A stretch of 62,834 nt of DNA, filler included, from Rhabdomonas costata (taxonomy: Eukaryota): NCBI GenBank assembly GCA_019059605.1. It is 29 parts of 29 records of this genome, joined end to end, with 100 filler letters (N's around TTAATTAATTAA, not from the genome) between each part and the next. Parts side by side here need not be neighbours in the genome. Positions count along the whole stretch, not along the records: positions 10,860 to 12,930 come from JAHMHO010005894.1; positions 13,031 to 15,099 come from JAHMHO010005895.1; positions 15,200 to 17,270 come from JAHMHO010005896.1; positions 17,371 to 19,441 come from JAHMHO010005897.1; positions 19,542 to 21,611 come from JAHMHO010005898.1; positions 21,712 to 23,782 come from JAHMHO010005899.1; 23 more parts are not named here. The stretch is one strand, 5' to 3'. Positions 12,020 to 23,421 of this stretch are shown in pieces. The translations under genes were made by a program, and so were the position numbers. Below the pieces are notes generated by a model. That model was not told where the DNA came from. It searched no databases and saw only the letters and a program-made list of their open reading frames with translations. Position 1 is the stretch's first letter. Every line of letters begins with the position of its first letter.

Positions 12020-12930
12020 ATGCTCCGTTGCTTGCTGCTTTTATGCACTCCATTCTTGATGGATGCTGTCGCTGTAGAAAAGTTCAGTGAGGGGGGTGCA
12101 AGTTCCTCGAACGTGACCGCTGTTTGCGGAGAGGATCCTGCAACCTGGCGGCTGTTTGATCCGACTCTGATTCCGGTTGCCCTGCGCACGGGGTGCAGCG
12201 GCAACCACAGTCGGAATGGAAGCAGACCGCAATCTCGGATCTTGGACTTTGCTCTTTTCAGGTAATTCCACCAGTTGTACTTTGGTCCTTTTTCTGAATT
12301 CTTCTGCTTGTATCAGAAGGGTTTGTTATGGCGATTCTCACTGACCTTGTTTTTACCATTGTTAACGTGACTTTTTCATTCAGCCACGAGCTGGAGACGC
12401 TTCTGGTCCGCCTGAACGAGTTGTGGTCCGTGGTGGATGCTTTTGTCCTCATTGAGGCTCCACTGACCTTCACGGGGCGCCCAAAGCCACTGCATTTCTC
12501 AGTCTGCAAGGACCTCTTTCGCCCCTTTCTGAGCAAGATCGTCCACGTTGTCATTCCCGCACAGAAGTAAATCGCGCTCGCGTGTATGCCCTTTCTTGAA
12601 GCGCTCACGTGCGCACCGTTCTTCGACGGGTCTTGGCGCAAGGTGCGACAGGGTGTGGCAGCATCTTAGCATCACGGTGGCTCCTCAATGTTCCTCACAG
12701 GCTGGACGTGCGGAAGCTAATGTCCACCACTCAACTCCACCACGCTCCGCGAAGCCCTGCGTGGTACAGAGAGGTTGGCGTGCGCAACCTGGGGCTGCAA
12801 CTCGGACTGAAAGCTGCCCATGCGAAGCCCTGGGACTGGATCCTGTTCAGTGACCTCGACGAGATACCCCGCCCCCAGGTGACGCAGTGCATCTCAGACA
12901 TGCTTCCACGGCCGTCTGTGAACCAACACC
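12020..12930 (+). CDS. Glycosyltransferase family 17 (MGAT3/GnT-III-like), 5' exons
   Basis: Hydrophobic N-terminus. Exons 12020-12261, 12384-12566 and 12701-~12878 give RILDFALF|SHELETLLVRLNELWSVVDAFVLIEAPLTFTGRPKPLHF ... WILFSDLDEIP (GT17 motifs). Confidence 0.9.
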
Positions 12931-13051
12931 NNNNNNNNNNNNNNNNNNNNNNNNNNNNNNNNNNNNNNNNNNNNTTAATTAATTAANNNNNNNNNNNNNN
13001 NNNNNNNNNNNNNNNNNNNNNNNNNNNNNNGTTGGTTGTTCATGCTTGCAG

Positions 13052-13555
13052 CTTGGGGATGACCACCCGAACATAGCTGCAAGCATGAACAACCTTGCAC
13101 TCTTGTACAGAGCCCAGGAAAAGTTCTCCGAAGCTGAACCTTTCTTCCAAGAATCTTTGCGAATCCGCAAGAAGCAGCTTGGAGGCGATCATCCAGATGT
13201 GGCCCAGAGTTTGAGTAACTTGGCGGGATCGTACTGCGCTTTGGGCCGATATTCCGAAGCAGAGCCTTTCCTCCATGAAGCCATTAAGATCCAGAAGCAG
13301 CAGCTTGGCTGCGAGCATCCTGATGTGGCGGCGAGCCTGAACAGCCTGGCCGTCTTGTATCGGACTCAGGGCCAGTTTTTAAATGCAGAGCCACTTTTCC
13401 ATGAAGCATTGAGAATTCGGACTCAGCATCTTGGGAAGGATCACCCCGATGTCGTGCAGACCATGAACAACCTGGCTCTTCTAAATGAGATGCGCGACCG
13501 ATGTACCGTGACTGAAGGGGCACAACAGGAAATGTCGAGTGTCGGTTACCCGTAG
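13052..13555 (+). CDS. Kinesin-light-chain-type TPR repeat protein (TPR_12), terminal exon
   Basis: About 3.5 repeats of 42 aa (LGxDHPDVAxSLNNLAxLYxxQGxxxEAEPxFxEAL) after an AG acceptor at 13050-13051. Stop ends at 13555. Confidence 0.92.
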   Translation, partial: LGDDHPNIAASMNNLALLYRAQEKFSEAEPFFQESLRIRKKQLGGDHPDVAQSLSNLAGSYCALGRYSEAEPFLHEAIKIQKQQLGCEHPDVAASLNSLAVLYRTQGQFLNAEPLFHEALRIRTQHLGKDHPDVVQTMNNLALLNEMRDRCTVTEGAQQEMSSVGYP

Positions 13556-14956
13556 AGTACTTCAGACTCAGTGATGCGAAAAACCTGGATTGGTTTTGAG
13601 CGTCTGTGCTGCGTCGGTTGTGAAACCTTTTTTGACTTCTTCATTGCACACTCGCAAGCGTTCAATTTCTGGCAACAAAGAAACCCCTATTGCATTATTC
13701 TCCCCGAAAAGTGATGCTGCAGTTGCTAACGACTACATGCTTCATACAGCGCCCATCCATTTTTCTACTGCTTGCCATCTTAGCTGGGATGGGAATTGCA
13801 GTGGGCGTAGTGTCGCTCCACTAATATTGGCATTGGCTTGGCCCAATGTGAACTACTCGAAGGTTTGGTGGGTCACTGGCATATTTCAATGAATCTTCCG
13901 GTGCTAATTTTTTTGGTGAGGTCACCTTAGCAGGTTTGATGGTTACAGCAAATTGACTCTCGGTATTTTCTCCCATTCACAGCTGTTCTCTATTCTGCAC
14001 AGGCTTACATGTCAAAATGCTCTCTCTGCTGTGCGCCTCTTGTGCCTTTGTGTCGACGTTTTCATGTGTTTTGACCTCGCGAACGCGGTGAAGAGCGAAT
14101 GTCCACCTCCAGTGTTCCAGTGGTATGTGCCTTTTCCACTGGGTCTAGAAATTTACAGCTGCCTACGAACAAATCCCGAAACACTGCAAGCAGCTTCGGG
14201 CAGCACCTTTCGATAATATTTCTGGACAGAGTTCGTTGAGCTGACAGACACCACGACACGGGCGGTGGCAGAGCAGTCGTTTGGGCATGGGCCGCACTAG
14301 TTACACCTCAAAAATGGTCACGACGTGCTATAACCCCGGTCCGGCCGCCTACCTTAAGCACTGGGCATCCTGTTTGTTTAATTTAGAACTAATAAGAATT
14401 AATAACACCTGTCACTTCTCACAGAAGGAGGAGCATGGGTTGGAATCACGTTGCTCGTACGTTTTGAGGTGGATACAGTTCGGTACGGTTCGGTGGAGGG
14501 ACGATATCGGAAAGTCGTCGGTTTTTTTGGTTCACAGGCATAATTTTTGCCTCGACCGGCAGAAATCAGGTTATTTTGGGAGAAATCAGGTCGAAAGATT
14601 TCTTGTTGAAATGCAACTGCCAGATTCTTGGCAACTCACGACATCGCGTGTTTGGGCTTTCTCCTTCTGCCTTTGTTGTCCTCCTTTCTTTGGCTTTTTA
14701 CGAAGGTGAGGGGATTCGCACATTATTTCTGTGTTCCTGACGTGCCGGCGGTTTTTCAGGAAGCCGAGCCCGTCCCTGTCGCGCTATCCTCGCTGCTTTC
14801 TCCTTCCGCTGCTCCCTTGGGTGCACCCCGCGACGGCTCTGGCACCCTTCCCTCGCCCCGCTCCGGCCACAGGGGGTCCCTCTCCTTGGGAGCTCTCCCC
14901 CACTGTGCCTCCTCGGATGGCCCCGCGCATCCCCCTGCGATCGCTATTTCGCCTTT

Positions 14957-15099
14957 TTTTTTGGAGGGAATGAGTTGGTAAAAATGCGCCCGAAAAAGTG
15001 TCCCAATTAAGTCCCATTTAAAAATGAGGCAATTTTAAATGGGACTTAGTTGGGACACTTTTTCGGGCGCATTTTTACCAACTCATTCCCACCAAAAAA
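14957..15099. repeat. Imperfect ~140-bp palindrome (hairpin) at contig end
   Basis: Arm GGGAATGAGTTGGTAAAAATGCGCCCGAAAAAGTGTCCCAATTAAGTCCCATTTAAAA pairs with its reverse complement around a loop ATGAGGCAA. One internal T/G mismatch. Confidence 0.93.
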
Positions 15100-16385
15100 N
15101 NNNNNNNNNNNNNNNNNNNNNNNNNNNNNNNNNNNNNNNNNNNTTAATTAATTAANNNNNNNNNNNNNNNNNNNNNNNNNNNNNNNNNNNNNNNNNNNNG
15201 GTTTTTTGTACATACGTTGTGGGTACCGTCGAAGTCATGTATCGATAAATAGCGATTTTACAGAATTATTTTAAAGCACCGAGAATCGCAGTCCGCGGAG
15301 GGGCTGGAAATAAATCATGCACAAAAAATGCTTTTAATTCGGTCAGCCCTGTAGCCCTGTTGAGTAGCGTCGTGCAATTTGCTGCCGCACTCTTTTAAAT
15401 TGCGAGTGCCTGGCAAGGGCCGAGCCCCATCTTTTTGTTAAGCGAAAGATCCGGTGGGCCTGGGGAAATACTTATAGGTTGCCGGGGGTTGGGTTGTGAC
15501 TCTGATTTTGTATAAAAAAGAAAAGCTTCTTATGCCAGTTTTTGGCCCTATCGTCCAACTGCTGGACAGAACTGTGCTGATCGCCTCTTTCTTCGTCCCG
15601 CCCGTCGTCTTTGCGATTAGATCCCACACAGCACTTAGCACAGCACACACACGCAGGCCCCTCAACATTTGCTACCCTTACGATATCCGCGTTCCTCCCC
15701 CTGTCTTCGGGGTACATTTGTTGCCTTTGTCCCCTTTTGAATCACACCACATCCACGGCACGTGTTCTCCGTTTTTTTGGTCAAATTTTCCCACTATTGT
15801 CACTTGTCTTCCACGCATTTGACGCATTCTCCACCAAGCGCTTTCCCCTCGCTCCCAGTGTAAGTCATTGCATTTCCTTTTGCCCGGACCCTGAACACCC
15901 TGTGCCCTGCTGCCGTGACTTTGCAACCGGTTACCTGCTTATTTATTTGCGGACCCTCACTGCAGCCGTACGCCCACACGGTGCAACAAACACTCTGGGC
16001 TTGTTTGATATTCACTTGATTGTAACCACCCAACTCTCCCCCCTCCCCACTTCTGGCTGGCGCTAAACAGGAAACTTCAACTTGTGTGTCGTCGAGTGGA
16101 TTGTCCAAGAGGCAGGACGGCTGAGAAAAAGTGCAGCCTCCAAAATTCGATGTTCTGTTTTGCGTTTTCCCTTGCAGTTTTGAACGCTATTTTACACCAA
16201 GTTGCAATCTTCTTCCTTTCGGAACTGGTCTGGACGCAACAGTAGTCAACTGTGACCCAGCAGTCAGCACTCGAAATTGACGAGGGATTAACGCTAAAGT
16301 GTAAGTTTAATGGGCAAACTTTTTCCTTTCTAATTCTGTTGTAAATTAGAGCGAGCAGAAAGGAGGAAAGAGGAAGCCCCGCGAC

Positions 16386-16840
16386 CTTGTCCCCGGGCTT
16401 GAAGCCGCCGTTCCTGCTCTCCATCACTATGCCAGACCAGTCGCAGCCCGGGATCATGGGCCATGTACGGACGATTGGCCCCTTCCCCGTTATGGCCAGG
16501 CCGTCCTTGTAGTTCAGGGAAGCGTACTCAACCTTCACCAGAACCTAAAAACAAAGCGTGAAAAAGTACAGAAAGTACAGAAAAGAGAACCCATTCTAGC
16601 AAAACCCGTGGCCCAACCTTGCACTTCCCCTGTCGGGGCCATTGGGGGATCGGGCAAGTCGCAAAAAAGCAAACAAAAGGGAAATTGTTCCACACGACCA
16701 AAAAACGAGGGTGGTGATTCCCCTCCGGGGCCTTTTGTTTTTTCGCCTTCAGGTCCGAGCCGGTGGAATGAAGAGAGAGAGAGAGAGCCGCCGATCGGGA
16801 GTCTCTTAACGTCAATAGGGCCGAATAGAAGCGCAAGCAT
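16386..16840 (-). CDS. acuI: AcuI/YhdH-type acrylyl-CoA reductase (MDR family), N-terminal exons
   Basis: Exon 16386-16544 (AG/GT) reads [53 protein letters not shown], matching YhdH 'SLNYKDALAITGKGKIIRNFPMIPGIDFAG'. Upstream exons 16625-16629 and 16792-16840 are less certain. Confidence 0.85.
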
Positions 16841-17735
16841 CTCAGTGAGACCGCTGGAAAAGAAAGTTGCTGCCAACAAAGCTTCTCAGATTCCAAGAAC
16901 GGGGGGGGGGGTGCGATGAAAGGGACCATTTAACAGACATGTAATACCCCCGATAAAAAACACCCCACAGCACCACTAAACCTTCTTCTGGGTTATATGA
17001 CGTGCCGTCCTGTTCACAAGCCCGAATAAGACCATAAAATACAAAAAGATGAGCAAAAAATAGGCGAGGCCTCTCAATTATCCTGCAACCCCTCAAGAGG
17101 CCAAATTGAAGCCACAGGGATAACTGCATTGGGTGAAACCTCTGCTCACAAAAACTAAAAAAAAAAGGCAGTTCGGTGCAAAACTCGTGTGCACCCACCA
17201 AAACGGGTCAAAACGGGCATGCACAGCTGCTGTCGTCACCACCACTTGACCCAGGATCGCTCCCATGGAGNNNNNNNNNNNNNNNNNNNNNNNNNNNNNN
17301 NNNNNNNNNNNNNNTTAATTAATTAANNNNNNNNNNNNNNNNNNNNNNNNNNNNNNNNNNNNNNNNNNNNGTGGTTTTTTAGAAGCCTCTGTTAGGTTTG
17401 TCGTGAAACTCTCTCTGTCTCTCTCTTTGGTGTGTGGTGTATGAGTGAGTGAGTAAGTGTATGTGTGTGTTCTTTTCGGGCAGGCTCGCTCGGGAGACAG
17501 CGCCTGGCTTCTGCCCTCAACGCTGGGGTGAGATTCGTACCAAGCCGAAGCACTCCTTGTTGGAGGCTCCTTGCGCATCCCGACGATTGGGTGATGCACT
17601 CTCACATGACCATCGCCGTTCAACATATCTCCCCTCGTCCAGGTTCATCCTCACCCAAGGCTTCATAACCTCCTGCGTCTTTGGTGCCTTCTGCACCGAA
17701 CGCTAAGTCCCCCCCCCCACTCTCTCTCCCCGCAC

Positions 17736-19441
17736 CTTCCCAGCATCGTCGGAGCAGTGCGGGCGGAGCAGGAACACGGACTGTCCCATTGAGGACCGGA
17801 AGGTGTTCAGCGCGGAGATGTTGGCGTGGAGGTAATACAGGAAGTACGCGAACGGGGGGTTCTCGTCGCGGGTCCACTGCTCCGGGGTCTCCGTGGGCAT
17901 CCCCCCAGCCCCCTTGCTCCCAGACACCGGCACGCAGTCGAAGCCTTTAGAAATGAGCAAAGACTATACATCCGATCCCGAAACCGGCAAGCAAGGGAAG
18001 CCACAAGTCGTCACCGGGCTGTGTGGCAGGGGCCTGTACACAGGAGATGGGCATGCAATTCAAGAGGCCCTATACCAGCCCCTGCAGCAAACGGCCGTTA
18101 CAGTTCGCCAGCATTCAGGGGAAGCGACACGTGGGTCATCAGCGATGGGATGAGATAACGGCCAGCTGGCGGAGGTTCCGCTGCTCGAGCCTTACCTTCG
18201 TTCCCAATAAAAAGGAGACGAAAACCCTTCAAGGGAACGAGGCTAAGAACGGAAGTGCTCCGGTTGCCACGCAAGAGCAAAGCAGTGATGCACAGGCCAC
18301 GCAGTGGGCAAAGAGCTGTCAGAGGATACAGCACACAGCGAAAGTCACATTTAGACATAGCAATTTCTGTAGTTGTAATTGCCGTCTTTTTAACTCCAAC
18401 AGATTCAAATTGGCGCCCATACAAACTCAGAAGTGGTTCAAGTGGTTGCGATCCTAAGGCAGCACATTAAGACATGCTCACCTCTTCTGCACATATCAAT
18501 GGTCATGAGGAATCGACATGCACCCGAATCCTAAGAGGGGTCCACCACACAAGACATTACAGCGCAGCAACGACTAAGAGGTATAACCACACAAAAACAA
18601 ACAAGCGCACACAAACCGGCCATGTGCTTCAGGAAGTGAGCCAGCTGGTAGTTCCGGTTGGGGTCCAGGCTGACTTCCCACAGCGGGAGGAAGAGGTTGG
18701 CGAGGTACTCCTGGAAGTTGTGGAGGTAGTTCTGGCTGCGCAGGAAGCCGTAGGACTCCGGGATCTGCACCGTCCACCGGTTGTGCAGCGATTGTACCCC
18801 GTGCGACACGCACCTGATGGAAAAAGAAGGAGTACACCGGTTAGCCACCGGGAACCAGTGATATGAGCAACGGTGGGCTGTGTGACGGCGGTCCAAGCGG
18901 TCCACTGCTTTTGGGATTTTGAATATTGAATATTAACATTATTCTGAATATTTTGAATCTTAACAGACACACACTTGAAACAACAGGCCAAGCCCCCACA
19001 AAACGGGGTGTCAATTATTCAGGGCCGGGGCGGCTTACCCCGCAAACTTGAGTCAGAAAAATATGTACAGCTACAGCACAGCAGCAGCAAAGTGAGAGAG
19101 AAGGTATGAATGGTTAACGAACACACCAGCACACGAACTTAAGAAGAGCGAGAAAAAAGCTCCACTTTGAACAACAGTGCGGAGGAAACGCGGCCAATTT
19201 AGGAGGAAAAACTTGGGTGCGAGCGGGATTTTCCCGATCCTTGGTGAAGTGTACGAGGTGAAGAGGTGTGCAGCGCGGATGTGGTCGTGTTTGAAGGGGA
19301 CAGGGGAAAGGATGATGTCCATGGACCACAAAATCAGTAGAAGAGGTCCATCGCAAAGGGAGACGCGGACCATTGGGCGAGGTTGTCCCAGTCGGTGCGG
19401 CTCTTGCCAGCGATTGTTAGTCGGTTCTCGGCGAACTTGAA
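17736..19441 (-). CDS. AMP deaminase-like protein, internal exons
   Basis: Exons 19371-19441 (KFAENRLTIAGKSRTDWDNLAQW), 18617-18813 (WTVQIP..NFQEYLANLFLPLWEVSLDP..HFLKHMAG) and 17736-17944 (FD..PEQWTRDENPPFAYFLYYLHAN..LNTFR..LRPHC). All junctions are GT-AG and in frame. Confidence 0.92.
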
Positions 19442-20689
19442 NNNNNNNNNNNNNNNNNNNNNNNNNNNNNNNNNNNNNNNNNNNNTTAATTAATTAANNN
19501 NNNNNNNNNNNNNNNNNNNNNNNNNNNNNNNNNNNNNNNNNGGTTTAAGTTGAATGTTTCTGTATGTGAACGTTTTGGCTGCGGGTGGACATGTTCTGAT
19601 TTTGGACTGCTGGTCAGAAAAGAAAAAAGTCAGAAGGCCTCCACTTGCTTGGATATTTGGTGCCATATCTTTTGTTCTGTGGAACCGCTGTCTTTGGAAA
19701 AGCTGTTTCTTACATTGCCACAGTCGGAGTTGTATAGTTAACAATGCTTGGAGACTGATAACGTGTTGCGGGGCTGGTTAAGTGTTGCTGGGCATTGGGA
19801 GGCCATCCACAGGTGAAATGCGGATGGGTGTGGGACAGAAAATCTTCCTCAGTCATCTCGCTGTCATATGGTGGAGTGTTGAGTTCTCAGTGATGTCGAC
19901 ACAGTTGTTTTTTATGCACTCGTATTCTTTTGTTTGTTTTCTTTTTCTGGAACATGCCCAAATTCGTGAGATTTACAGGTGACGTTAGCTGTCACTTTTT
20001 GCATAGCACATAATATCTCATGTTTCACAGGTTTAGCGGACATGGTCTTATAAGTCTTATCTTTTCAAGGCGCTTTCGGCAGACCATTTTGACTTGTTGG
20101 ACCAACTTTCCTCTTGAGTTGTGGCGTACAAGTGGACACAGGTTTATTGTGCGTTTTGCGTGGCAGCCGTAACTAGCGGGTGAGGCGGGGGAAGTTGGGC
20201 ATTTGCTTGCGAGTTTTGGCCGTTAATTAATTTGCAACACATGTAGGGTGTCACTCTAGTTTTGTTTCTGACCACATCGCATCTGACTCGCCTCACTCTG
20301 GAAGGGATACCTTTTCCTTGCACAACAGAGTCTCCAATCTTTCTGCCCTTCCGTTGTTTTCTTCGTAGTCCTTAGTCTTTCCTGGAATGTTGCAGTCGTC
20401 TTTGCATTCCACACCTTCGCCACAGCTGCCACAGCAGCAGGTCCATGTGTTCTTTGGAAAGACACCGTTCAGCCAAGCCTGGCTAAGTATTCAACGGGTG
20501 AGTCATTCCGGCACCCACCCAGGCACCAAGCACGCAAAGTGCTGAAGGTGCGCTCATCGAAGCAATCTGTTATAGGCTTCATATGCTATATATCAGCAAA
20601 AGTAGAGCAAAAACCGGCATTGCGATGGTGGTGTTGTCCTACTCCATGAAATCTGCGGGGCCATCACCCGTTGCATAATACTTAGCGAT

Positions 20690-21611
20690 GTCGATGTACG
20701 AGGCATCGCGTAGTCAGTCACGCAGCGCAGCGGAGTAGGATAGAGATTCACCGCTGATCCTTGGCCTTCTTGTAGGTCCCTCGCTAATCTATCAGTCCCT
20801 CGAGTCCCTCTTCTTCCTTCTTCCTTCTTCCTCTACCACCACTCCTCGTCACTTCCCGACACGTAGCAACGGTGCGTTAGCGACATTGCGTAGTAGGAGT
20901 AAGAGGCCACGAAGCGAAGCTTAGTAGTAAGTAGGAGGGATGGCCGTAGCGCAGCGTAGGACATTCCGAAAAGTAACTTGATCGACAGAAAGCATACACT
21001 CATATGAGGGATTGATGAGAGCAGCGAAGACATCCCGACAAGCATTGACACTAGCGTAGCGAGTAGCATCTTCTATACGTGTCACTCCGCATGCTCACGT
21101 CCTATCTCATGCTCCGTCCGGGCGTAGCCACAGGAAAAAGTAACCGGGTAAGGTTTACGCTTCGGTCTCACTCCATACACTTCAGTTCAAGGCCTCAGGT
21201 GGGAATGTTGCCCTCTACCTTTGATGCTATGGTGCTCCTCTTCCCTTGGCATCGTGTCCATCGGCAGTGCATCGGCAGTTCTTACAGGGCAAGTTACACA
21301 GAGCAGCTCCGTACAACCGTTGCTACTCTACCACCCGATGGTATGCGCTGACATTCCCCATCGTTATACCCTTGACTTGTAGATGCGTTCAACGCTACTC
21401 AGCACTTGCCTACTCCACAAGTACTACAGCCGATGCTGCTACGTCACCTTGGCTCTTTTCTTGCCGTGGGTGCTGGTCCCGTTGGTATATGCAATTCAGT
21501 GAGTGGTTGTCGAGACAACTTCCACTACGACTGTGTGTTGAGTCACCACACGCTACCTTTGTCACCGCTACGTGACGTTTCACAGTGTCCAGCTGACAGC
21601 ACTTCCAACAA
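20690..21611 (+). mobile_element. Decayed coding-like repeat, possibly a non-LTR retrotransposon RT remnant
   Basis: No intact ORF, TpA-rich. Frameshifted motif fragments LRPGVATG (~21112), QF (~21183) and LDL..DAFNA (~21371-21397) occur in RT motif order, but spacing is imperfect. Confidence 0.25.
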
Positions 21612-21732
21612 NNNNNNNNNNNNNNNNNNNNNNNNNNNNNNNNNNNNNNNNNNNNTTAATTAATTAANNNNNNNNNNNNNNNNNNNNNNNNNNNNNNNNN
21701 NNNNNNNNNNNGGTAGTGGGTGTAAGTACTCA

Positions 21733-23421
21733 TCACAGACATGGGGAAACGGGGAGCGTATTCGTGGGCCAGCGAGTGCCGAGGAAAAAGAGCGTCGCAG
21801 GAAGCCCAACCAGGAGTAACCAGAAGTGGCTTATGAGTTTAAAAAGGGACAAGCCCACATGTATACTGGCCAAAGTGGAAAAGGACCGGTCTGCAGCGTT
21901 TCGGAAGAAATCTCTTTGCAACAAAAAGACCGAGAATGTTTCGGTCTTCTAGAACGCGTGGAATTAGGGTTGGTGCGCGTGTGCTGGAAAACCGGTGAGC
22001 TAACTATACAAACCCCGCGTCATCTCAAAGGGAAACAAAAAGCAGAAAGACAAGACACACATGCACCGCTGACAATTCACCCATGATGTTGGGAAAGGTC
22101 TGCACGAATGCTCTTTTTGGAGTCAATTACTTCTGAAAATGGCACCAACCAAAACTGTCATCCACAGGATAGTATACCCTGCGCTCGAGGCTCCACAAGA
22201 CGATGGTCATGGCCAGCGACGGGCCCGGGTGCGCCCCCTCCGTAAGGGCTGGTGGTCTGCCACGTTACCGAAGCCCTCGGGCAAAGGAGAACCAGAACAA
22301 CAAAACCAAGACATGTCCAGTGCATTGAGGAGAGATGTCTCGATCACACCTGATGCATAAGGACACTCCCCATGTCCAGATTCGCTGCGAACGTGATAGG
22401 AAAGTTATTACAAACAATCGCCGAGGCAGCGAAATAAATTATCCAGAATTCGAAAGAGAACTCGACGAGAAAATGAAATCAACTGCAACAAAGGATGAGG
22501 TAAGGAGCTGGAGCATGCGAAGAGATGTGAGACGTTCCAAGCTGTCCACTTGAGTAGTCGGAGGATCCCACAAAGCCATCTCCCATTGCAAGCCGCTTGG
22601 TTCCTAGGCATGGCAGCAACCGCTGTTTTGTGTTCGCTGCGGGGTCTAAGAAGCACCAGTCACACCGACTTTGAGTCTCCTGGAAAAACAAAGAAGCTCA
22701 CATGCTTGGTTTGCACAGCGACCTGTCTGGGTTTCAGTTCAATTCATCAAAACAGAAATCGAAAAAAATGCTGATAATACTCATTTTTTCTGTTTCAGTG
22801 GATAGGCCCAGAGCACACTGCTTGCCTGACGTCCTACTCTCACGAGCTAACGGGGAGCCTTTGCCACGGGAGAGACATAACAAGGAAGGCACTCGAGCCA
22901 ACATTACGGTTGCTAAAAATGTGAATCCTCCCGAGAAAAGAGACCACCACAAGCGGAAACCACAAACTTCATTGCCTCTCCGGCAATGTAACCGCAAAGC
23001 GCAGCACCGTGGTAGCCACACTTTAACTGCACAGCAACACGGAGGTGAGCGGGTCCCAGGACCCGCGTACACACGCAGACTACCTTGTGTTGTGTGAAAC
23101 CTTTTGGTTCATCGCGAGATAAACCCTTCCTTCCTTGATGACAGCCATCGGCAGTGCCCTGTTACATCCAACGTCAAGGTGCTTGCAACCGAACCAGGAG
23201 GCGGGTCGAGGGGACCTCCTTAATTGAGGCAGCATTTAATGGTATTCCAACCGAAAGGGAAACCGCAACGAGGCCATGGGCTTCAAGGCAGAGGGAAGCT
23301 TGCTGGAGCCAAACTTCTTCCGAGCAGCCCGGAAGTCCCCAGTGTGGGCCACAAACTGCACCGCCTCGGTGGTGGTGCGAAGCAGGTGGCCAATGATGTC
23401 CTTTTGAGTGGGGAACAGCAC
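21733..23421 (-). CDS. Probable exons of an uncharacterised protein (possibly membrane)
   Basis: GC-rich exon-like blocks at ~23270-23421 (LFPTQKDIIGHLLRTTTEAVQFVAHTGDFRAARKKFG), ~22180-22280 and ~21733-21890 (hydrophobic C-terminus). No family recognised. Confidence 0.35.
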
